The notes under the pieces are model-generated. The model was not told the origin of the DNA, did not search any database, and saw only the letters and a list, made by a program, of their open reading frames with translations. The position numbers were made by a program, and so were the translations under genes. DNA of 64,000 nucleotides from a virus: positions 32,001 to 96,000 of the IMG/VR virus record IMGVR_UViG_3300047994_000617, one strand, 5' to 3'. Of this stretch, positions 55,113 to 62,015 are shown piece by piece (within the stretch, counting starts at the first letter, position 1; each line of letters opens with the position of its first letter).

Positions 55113-56549
55113 TCACCACGATCCCTCCACCCTCACGTTCCCGGCCCCGATCCCCACCCTCGGCCTCGTCGGCGCCGGATCTCGAAGCCCCAGCCACAAG
55201 GCTCCCCCCGCCACGCCAGCCGCCCCCGCGATCAGGGTGACCGTGGTGGCCGCCCCCGTCGCGCCCCCGAGGCTTGCCGCGTTCCGCGCGGCCTGGGAGC
55301 ACGTCATCGTGAACCCGTCGCACCCGCCCTTGTTGACGTTCGATTCGTGGAGGGTGATGCCCCCCAAGACCGCCGCGGCGGCCAGGGAGGCCACCCCGAT
55401 CCCCCCGACCACCCAGGGGCCGACGCTGGTCCGCCCCTCGCCTGGCAAGGGCCCCCTGGGCGCCACGGGGCCCACCGCGGAGGGGAGCGCGCCCGACGCC
55501 GCCACGGGCCCAGCGGGCGCCACCACCGGCGGAGCCTCGGCGCCCACCACTACCGGCTTCGTCTTCCCCTCGACGAGCTGGACCTCCAGCGTCCACGGGG
55601 CATGCCCGGGCGCCCTCACCACCAGCGTGTGGACGCCCGGATCGAACGGGAGCGCGATCCCCCAGGTCCCCGAGGCGCCAACTGTGGAGCTGCCCTCGGT
55701 CACCACCAGCTCCGCTGGCGCCCCGGGGGCGAGCTGGAGCTCCAGCCGCGGGAGGCGGGCCGCCACGGCGTCGATCCGCGCCTGGACCTTGGCGATCCGA
55801 GGATCGCCCGGGAGGAGCTTCTTCAACGCCGACCTGTAGGCTTCCCAGGCCGCAGCGACCCGGCCCCGCCGCTCCTCGCAATCGCCGAGGTTGGCCCGGG
55901 CGCCGGCGGCGGCCTCAAGCTGGTCCGAGGCCCGGAACCGGGCGCAGGCTGTCGGCAGGTCGCCGGCGGTCAGCGCGGTCCTGCCTTGCTCGTAGAGCTC
56001 CAGGGCAGCGGCGGAAGAGGGCTGGTCCTGGGGCGGCTGGGCCTGGGCGAGGGAGGGGGAGAGGCCGAGGAGCAGGAAGAGCGCGAGGAGCAGCGGAGCC
56101 CAGAGGTCCGAGATCCCCAGCACGGCGGCGCTCTTGGCGAACGCGGCCTTGCGCTTCTCGTTCAGCCCGTCCTTCGCCGTCGAGACCAGGCAGTCTCCGA
56201 TCCGGCCCCAGCGCCATCCCCACGAGAGCGGGGTCCCGAACGCAGACGGGTTCCGCTCGCTCGCGAAGTGCCCCCACGGGTTCGTGCGGTCGTGGCCGCA
56301 CACGATGAGCCGCGCGAGGAGCGCGCCGCGGGGCTCTCGCGCCGCGCGGGCGGCGAGCCTCGCGACCCACACCGGCGGCACGTAGCTGAACGCCTCCTTG
56401 GAATGAAGAGTACGGGCCTTCCGGACGTCTTCGTCTGTCGGGTCGAAGGCCGGGCACGGCTCCCCGGCGTACGAACCGTGCTCGGCCCATCCATCGGAGC
56501 GCGCGGTGCGCGGATCCTCGGCCTGAACTTCGCGGGTCTCGGTGCTCAT
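55113..56549 (-). CDS. TPR plus PEGA-like protein with internal signal/TM segment and C-terminal TMs
   Basis: ALELYEQGR..ACARFRAS..NLGDCEERRG; PFDPGVHTLVVRAPG; ~145-aa unrelated N-terminal extension. Confidence 0.8.
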   Translation of the reverse strand: MSTETREVQAEDPRTARSDGWAEHGSYAGEPCPAFDPTDEDVRKARTLHSKEAFSYVPPVWVARLAARAAREPRGALLARLIVCGHDRTNPWGHFASERNPSAFGTPLSWGWRWGRIGDCLVSTAKDGLNEKRKAAFAKSAAVLGISDLWAPLLLALFLLLGLSPSLAQAQPPQDQPSSAAALELYEQGRTALTAGDLPTACARFRASDQLEAAAGARANLGDCEERRGRVAAAWEAYRSALKKLLPGDPRIAKVQARIDAVAARLPRLELQLAPGAPAELVVTEGSSTVGASGTWGIALPFDPGVHTLVVRAPGHAPWTLEVQLVEGKTKPVVVGAEAPPVVAPAGPVAASGALPSAVGPVAPRGPLPGEGRTSVGPWVVGGIGVASLAAAAVLGGITLHESNVNKGGCDGFTMTCSQAARNAASLGGATGAATTVTLIAGAAGVAGGALWLGLRDPAPTRPRVGIGAGNVRVEGSW

Positions 56550-57151
56550 GATGCAGACGCTCCCATGGGCGCTGGCGTGGCGGCGAAGTCGCGCACCTCA
56601 ACGTCGCGCTGCGCCTCCAGCGCGGCGGCGCACTCGGGGGCGCGTCCGCTCACCGCCAGCGCGCTGGCGAGAGCATCCGCGAGCGCCTCTGCGCCGCGGG
56701 CAACGATCGCCCGAGCGCGGCCTTGATAGACCCAGCTATCCCGATCCCACGTATGCGGTCGCGCAAGCCACTGCGCGGCACGGTTGATGTACAGAGGTTC
56801 GTAGCAAGTAAAGCCGGGTCCCGAACTCGGCCGACGGAACCAGAGTCCGTCGAGGTCTCGGAGGGCTACGATCGCCGAGGGGAATTTGGGCGGCGTCTCA
56901 AGGTCGTACGCGAGGATCAGATCCTCACGCGCAAGGAGCGCCTCGTAGGCCCACCCACCCAGAGAAATGGCGTGCGTCGGGCCGCGAAGCACGGTCGTGA
57001 CAGGCCGCGCGCACGACGCGGCGAAGTCCTCGACGCGCCACGAGACTGAGTTCCACGTCGGACCCTCCTCGCGGACGAACGCTGCCTCTGCGGTCGTCGC
57101 CGCGGCCTTGAAGTCGAAGCCATCGACCCATCGGTTCTTGTGCAGGTACAT
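56546..57151 (-). CDS. Hypothetical protein
   Basis: RBS GGAGG before MYLHKNRW; ATGA coupling to the next gene. Confidence 0.55.
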   Translation of the reverse strand: MYLHKNRWVDGFDFKAAATTAEAAFVREEGPTWNSVSWRVEDFAASCARPVTTVLRGPTHAISLGGWAYEALLAREDLILAYDLETPPKFPSAIVALRDLDGLWFRRPSSGPGFTCYEPLYINRAAQWLARPHTWDRDSWVYQGRARAIVARGAEALADALASALAVSGRAPECAAALEAQRDVEVRDFAATPAPMGASAS

Positions 57152-57233
57152 GATCCGGTGCCTCCCTACAGGTTGCGCTCCCGGGTCGAGCGACCCGCGA
57201 GCAGTTCGGCTGCCGCGCGCTCCGCCGCAGTGC

Positions 57234-57851
57234 TCACGCCGCGCCGCCCGCCAGAGAGGCCGCGAGCGCGCGCACCTCATCGTCGCGCTTCGCATCGAGC
57301 GCAGCGGTGCGCGACATCATGCCGCCCACCTCCGCGACCCACCCCTCGGGGTGGGCCGTGCCGCGGCGGTTGGCGTCGCCGAGCGCTGCCGCCCGGGTCA
57401 GCCCCTCGTAGGCGAAACTCGGGCGCCAGAGCGTCGCCGCCGCGATCTCGAACGGCGTCAGCCCCTCCTCCGGATTGGGCCCCGTGGTGGAGACCGCCGC
57501 CCCGTCCCACTCGTCGAGGTCCTTCGCCTCGGCCTTGTATACGGCCACGATCGCGATGGCGTAGAGCCGCGCCTTGCGCGATCGTGCTCCGATGTAGCGC
57601 CAGGGCTCCATGGTCCCGGGCGCCTTCCCCTCGGCCAGGAGCACCTCGGGGTCGAGCGGTCGCGTGGTCCCGACGCGGTAGTGCAACGAATCAAGTTCGT
57701 CCCAGATTTGCTGGCGCTCGCTCCGAGGGAGCCGCGCCGCCGCCATCTCGCCCATGCCGCGCCCGCTAAAATCTTGCATCGAGAGCCTCCTAACGCCGCG
57801 AGCCGCCCCCAGCGTGACCTGGGTGGCGGCTTGTACTCGCGGCGTTGCCAT
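57234..57851 (-). CDS. Hypothetical protein
   Basis: Abuts the upstream stop; start uncertain (an internal MQDF start is also possible). Confidence 0.55.
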   Translation of the reverse strand: MATPRVQAATQVTLGAARGVRRLSMQDFSGRGMGEMAAARLPRSERQQIWDELDSLHYRVGTTRPLDPEVLLAEGKAPGTMEPWRYIGARSRKARLYAIAIVAVYKAEAKDLDEWDGAAVSTTGPNPEEGLTPFEIAAATLWRPSFAYEGLTRAAALGDANRRGTAHPEGWVAEVGGMMSRTAALDAKRDDEVRALAASLAGGAA

Positions 57852-58580
57852 CTACCCCGCGGGCGCCGTCGAGACGGCCGAGGCGGCAAGCGCGGCCGCA
57901 ACGACCGACCAGGGGATCTCGCGCCGCACGATGCTGGCTGCAACGAGGGCCTCGTCGTCGGTTAGTTCATGTTGAAAATGGTTGTACCCGAAGGCGGGAC
58001 CGACGAAAGCACCGAGCGCCCGGATCGCCCGGAGTCGGTGCTCAAGGTCGACGTCCGCCTGATCCGCCGCCCATAGGAGCCAGTTCGGGCGGGGGCATTG
58101 TTCCCATGCCTCCTGCGGGCTCACGTCGCCGAGGCCCAGAAGCCAGGCTTTCCCGTTTGCGCAGAGGGTCTTCTTGGCGACACGGACGAGGGTCTCAAGG
58201 GCGTCCACGGGTCCTCCGACGCCGCAGGCCGCCCCCAGCGTGACCTGGGTGGCGGCGGTGCGCGCGGCGTTCCTTGCGTCATGCGGCGGGCTCTCGGGCG
58301 CGGTCGGGCCTGGGTTCGCCTCGTCCGTGATGACATCCGCGCGCGGACCGGCCTCGCCGGCCTCATCTTGGACGCTCCGCAGCAGATCAAAGCCGGCTTG
58401 TACGCGCCAGGCAGCGACACCCGGATCGGTCGGCCCCCTCCGCGCTCCGAACCGCTCCTCGGGCGCCGGGAAGTGCCCCACGTGGACGCGTCCCTTCTGG
58501 CCGCAGACGTTGCACGGGCGCTGGGGATCCTCGATGGTCATGTCGACCGAGGCGACCGCGACGCTGGCGCGAGCGCTCAC
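57852..58580 (-). CDS. Hypothetical protein with CxxC motif
   Basis: GTGA overlap; PCNVCG; C-terminal LC.NG..WL......QEAWEQCPRPNWLLW domain. Confidence 0.55.
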   Translation of the reverse strand: MSARASVAVASVDMTIEDPQRPCNVCGQKGRVHVGHFPAPEERFGARRGPTDPGVAAWRVQAGFDLLRSVQDEAGEAGPRADVITDEANPGPTAPESPPHDARNAARTAATQVTLGAACGVGGPVDALETLVRVAKKTLCANGKAWLLGLGDVSPQEAWEQCPRPNWLLWAADQADVDLEHRLRAIRALGAFVGPAFGYNHFQHELTDDEALVAASIVRREIPWSVVAAALAASAVSTAPAG

Positions 58581-58795
58581 GACGGCCCCCACGCTTCCCG
58601 CGCCTCCGCGTCCATCCGCTCCGCCAAGCCCCTCTCCGGGACCCCAGTGTCCAGGAGGGCGTACAGGGCCCGCGCCCGCTCGCGCTCGGGGCGCGGGTCG
58701 CAGCTCCCCCCGTGCTCGGGGTCGCCGAGCTCCCGCCCGATCGGGTTGCCGATCCGGCAGCGGGGAGAGCAGGGGCGGCGGGCGGTTACGTTCAC
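58577..58795 (-). CDS. Small hypothetical protein
   Basis: GTGA overlaps at both ends. Confidence 0.5.
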   Translation of the reverse strand: MNVTARRPCSPRCRIGNPIGRELGDPEHGGSCDPRPERERARALYALLDTGVPERGLAERMDAEAREAWGPS

Positions 58796-58959
58796 GCCCT
58801 GTAGCCCTCTCGGGCCCGTCGCCGCGCCTCCCGGTACTCCTCGGGCACCGGGAGGCCGATGGTTTCCTCGACGTCCCGCCGCTGCGCCTCCTGCTCCTCA
58901 CGCTGCCGGTTCTGATACTCGGGCGGGATCGTGTCGTCGATCGGGTCGTCGTAGCCCAT
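58792..58959 (-). CDS. 55-aa charged peptide MGYDDPIDDTIPPEYQ...
   Basis: RBS GAGGT; fills the operon gap exactly. Confidence 0.55.
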   Translation of the reverse strand: MGYDDPIDDTIPPEYQNRQREEQEAQRRDVEETIGLPVPEEYREARRRAREGYRA

Positions 58960-58962
58960 GGT

Positions 58963-59478
58963 CTACCTCACCCCCGCGCGCGAACGTACCACACCCGCAT
59001 CAGCCGAGAGCGGTCGCGGGGCGAGGGCGATGGAGTCGTCGAGCGCGGCGAGGACCTCGGCGTGGGTCCGCTCGGGGGCGTCGTTCCAGGTGGCGAGGGC
59101 CAGGAAGTCGTGCCCGGGATCGCTGCTGTTGTGGAGCCCGAGCGCGCGGGCCACAAGGTGGAGGGCCTGGTCCGTCGCCTGGTCGGTCCCGTGGGCGGCC
59201 GCGAGCGCCCCCCACACGTCCCAGCGGCTCGCGGCCTCGTCCCAGGGCGCGCAGCCGGCCCCGTGACCATCGACGCTGCTGTGGTCCCTGTCCCCGTGGA
59301 GCCAGCGCTGGGGGACGCCGAGCAGCTCTCGGGCGAAGCTCAGAACGGCCAACGGGTCACGCGTCTTGGGCTCGGACGGCGGCGGAGCGGGCTCCGTTGG
59401 GACGATGACGACGAGCGACGGTGCGGCGTCGTGGTTGGCGGACGCAGAACGAGCTACGTTGCGCGCAGCGCTGGACAT
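58963..59478 (-). CDS. Phage protein with W[NH]DAPxRTHAEVL motif (DUF6197-like), paralogue B
   Basis: RBS GGAGGT; aligns with 46723-47175 (RDP..L..AR..L....RWLHGD.DH..VD..G.GC..W..AA..WDV.GAL). Confidence 0.7.
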   Translation of the reverse strand: MSSAARNVARSASANHDAAPSLVVIVPTEPAPPPSEPKTRDPLAVLSFARELLGVPQRWLHGDRDHSSVDGHGAGCAPWDEAASRWDVWGALAAAHGTDQATDQALHLVARALGLHNSSDPGHDFLALATWNDAPERTHAEVLAALDDSIALAPRPLSADAGVVRSRAGVR

Positions 59479-59549
59479 GGGGAACCTCCATCTTCGGCGT
59501 GAGGGCTCCCGGGCGGCTGTTATCCGCACGGGAGCCCGACTGTGGGTGC

Positions 59550-59630
59550 ACAATAGCCAGCCTTGACTTTCTTGCAAGACGTAAATCGTAACGACTTGCG
59601 GACGGTCTCCATTCCACCTAGGTTTGCGGC
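59550..59630. promoter_or_regulatory. Divergent promoter/operator region B
   Basis: GCAAG-N16-CTTGC inverted repeat; leftward TTGCAA-N16-TATTGT; rightward TTGCGG-N17-TAGGTT ending 6 nt before ATG 59631. Confidence 0.6.
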
Positions 59631-59921
59631 ATGGCGGTGCGCAGGGCGCCCAGGAAGAAGATGGGGCGGCCCCCGTCGGCGACGGAGAAGGTCGCCGTTC
59701 AGATCCGGCTCGAGCTGGACGAAGCGGAGGCACTTGAGGCGCTGGTAGAGCGTCGTCGCCGAGCCGCAGCAGATGTTGGCGCAACGGTGAGCGCTGCAGC
59801 GGTGCTGCGGGCCATCGTGCGCCATGCGCTCATCGCCGAGGGGCTACTCCCGACAACGCCCGGGGCCGATGCGTCGCCGCCAGCCACCTCGCCTCCCACC
59901 GGGAAACGCGTGCGCGGCTAA
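59631..59921 (+). CDS. Small ribbon-helix-helix-like repressor B
   Basis: GRPPSATEKVAVQIRLELDEAEALEALVERR...AAAVLRAIVRHALIAEGLLP. Confidence 0.65.
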   Translation: MAVRRAPRKKMGRPPSATEKVAVQIRLELDEAEALEALVERRRRAAADVGATVSAAAVLRAIVRHALIAEGLLPTTPGADASPPATSPPTGKRVRG

Positions 59922-60001
59922 GGCCGCTGGGGGCCGGCGCTGCCCGACGTGCGCGTCGAGCAGCGCTCCCTCCCTCCGCTTCGCCGGGGCGAAGGCCCCT
60001 A

Positions 60002-60047
60002 CTTATCGGGTCGCGCCGCCGTAATAAGGCAAATCGGGTCACGCCGA
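60002..60047 (+). promoter_or_regulatory. Conserved motif, copy 5 (extended two-box form)
   Basis: CTTATCGGGTCGCGCCGCCGTAATAAGGCAAATCGGGTCACGCCGA. Confidence 0.75.
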
Positions 60048-60284
60048 GGCTCGGTTCGAGCCTTGTTGCCGCTCGGTGCTCGGGCGCACGCTGGACGCTG
60101 GCCCGGCCCCGGGCGGAGCATCCATGAGCGCCATCATCCAGCCCCCCAGTTCCACGCGGCGGCGCCAAGGCGTCCATGCGCGGTGGCGGGCGTTGCGGCT
60201 CGCGCTCTGGAACTCCCTCCGCCTCGAGGGCGGGCGGATCGTCATCGTCGTCCCCGGCGCGAGGCCGGTCCCCCGAGGTAGCGC

Positions 60285-62009
60285 ATGAGAAACGACAAGA
60301 GGGTGCAGCAAAACGTCGTCGTCTACATCGGCAACCCGCCCCCTGGGGGCCAGACGGTGATCAAGCACGGCACCAACGGCACGCACAGCGTCCAGTCCCA
60401 CCCCACGGCGGACGCCGCCCTCACGGGTGCCGGCCGCGCGGGCAACGCGGCCGTGCGGCGCTGGAAGATCGCCCACGGGGGCGTCCCCTTCGAGGTCGTC
60501 GACTACGGCAACGGCAAGGTGGAGCTGCTGCGGGACAACTCGATGGTCGCGACCTGTCGCCCCACGGCGGAGGGCTTCGCCCTCACCAGCTCGCCGGGGA
60601 TCTCGGCGGGGGAGTTCGCGCACCTCGAGCGCCTGGTCGTCCGCGGGGAGCACGACGTCTTCGGTGGTCACCGCGTCCCCGGCACCACCAAGAGCGCGGA
60701 GCCGAAGAGCAGCGGCAAGCCGGCGAAGAAGACCACCGCGAAGAAGACCACCGCGAAGAAGACCGCCGCGAAGAAGACGGCCCGCAAGGCGAACAAGGCT
60801 GCGAAGACGTCCAAGGCCAGTCAGAAGGCCGAGAAGGGCGTCAGGTACTTCGTCAAGGTCACCGCCGGTGGCCAGCTCCTCGACGTCTTCGGGCCGTTCT
60901 CTGCCAAGCAGGCGGAGAAGAAGGCCGCCGAGCTTGGCGCGGTGGGCGCAGAGGTCGTCTCCGCGAAGGGCGCCGACGTGGAGACCCTGACGCAGGCCGC
61001 GCAGGCCACCAAGGCGAGGGCGAAGAAGCCGAGGAAGGCGGCCGCCAAGAAGACGGCCGCGAAGAAGACGGCCAAGAAGAACCCCGAGGGGACGGCGACC
61101 TTCAAGGCCGGCGCCCACCACGTCCGCGTTCACTACCCCGAGGGCGTCAGCCAGAAGCGCGTCCAGGGGGTCCTGAACCGTCACCCGCCCGAGAAGACGA
61201 AGCTCGCGACGATCACGAAGGCCCTGAAGCGGATCGGGGCGTCGTTCGTGCCGTGGGAGGGCGCCGAGGCGAAGACCATGACGGCCGCGAGCGGGCTCTA
61301 CCAGCAGAAGGGGGGCAAGCCCGCCTCGAAGAAGCCCGCCTCGAAGAAGCCCGCCTCGAAGAAGCCCGCCTCGAAGAAGCCCGCCTCGAAGAAGCCGGCC
61401 TCGAAGAAGCCCGCCTCGAAGAAGCCGGCCTCGAAGAAGCCGGCCTCGAAGAAGCCGGCCTCGAAGAAGCCCGCCTCGAAGAAGCCCGCCTCGAAGAAGC
61501 CCGCCTCGAAGAAGCCCGCCTCGAAGAAGCCGCCCTCGGAGGCCCAGCTCGCCGCGCTCGCCGAGGGGCGCGCGAAGCGCACCGGGAGCACGGTCAAGCC
61601 GGCCCCCAGGCCGCCCACGGCCAAGAGGCCGGCGAAGGCTCCGAGGGCGAAGAAGCCCCCGAAGATCCCGGTGCCGAGCAAGCCGCACGTCCCGCCCAGC
61701 GCGCCCGCGAGCGGCCCCCGGGCCTCGCAGCACAGCCCGGACATCGGGCCGCGCACCACGCGATCCCCGGGAAGCCTCTCCGACGAGCGGTTCCTGCACG
61801 AGCTCCGGACCACGCTGCAGAACGACGGCCTCGGCGAGCACTACGAACCGGCCAAGCACGTGTGGCTCGCCGGCGGCAAGGCCCTGGTCCTCGCGTTCAT
61901 GGCCGAGCGCGGCATCACGGACCCGGTGGCGGGCTTCTCGCAGTGGATCGCTGAGAACCCCGCCGAGCGAGACGCCCTCCTCCAGAAGCCCATCCACGCC
62001 GCGGCCTGA
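60285..62009 (+). CDS. Histone-H1-like Lys/Ala/Pro-rich protein with interspersed small globular domains
   Basis: AKKTT/AKKTA repeats and (PASKK)14; RBS GAGGT. Confidence 0.75.
   Translation: MRNDKRVQQNVVVYIGNPPPGGQTVIKHGTNGTHSVQSHPTADAALTGAGRAGNAAVRRWKIAHGGVPFEVVDYGNGKVELLRDNSMVATCRPTAEGFALTSSPGISAGEFAHLERLVVRGEHDVFGGHRVPGTTKSAEPKSSGKPAKKTTAKKTTAKKTAAKKTARKANKAAKTSKASQKAEKGVRYFVKVTAGGQLLDVFGPFSAKQAEKKAAELGAVGAEVVSAKGADVETLTQAAQATKARAKKPRKAAAKKTAAKKTAKKNPEGTATFKAGAHHVRVHYPEGVSQKRVQGVLNRHPPEKTKLATITKALKRIGASFVPWEGAEAKTMTAASGLYQQKGGKPASKKPASKKPASKKPASKKPASKKPASKKPASKKPASKKPASKKPASKKPASKKPASKKPASKKPASKKPPSEAQLAALAEGRAKRTGSTVKPAPRPPTAKRPAKAPRAKKPPKIPVPSKPHVPPSAPASGPRASQHSPDIGPRTTRSPGSLSDERFLHELRTTLQNDGLGEHYEPAKHVWLAGGKALVLAFMAERGITDPVAGFSQWIAENPAERDALLQKPIHAAA
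61320..61529 (+). repeat. 15-bp tandem repeat, 14 copies (PASKK)
   Basis: cc[c/g]gcctcgaagaag units. Confidence 0.95.
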
Positions 62010-62015
62010 TCGACC

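Noticed and set aside
15781-60047. The 24-bp motif as a dif/XerCD site or sigma-54 promoter
   Set aside because: Does not match the dif consensus or the GG-N10-GC spacing
41249-61529. CRISPR array among the 15-bp and 30-bp tandem repeats
   Set aside because: Repeats are head-to-tail without unique spacers and lie in frame within CDSs; no cas genes seen
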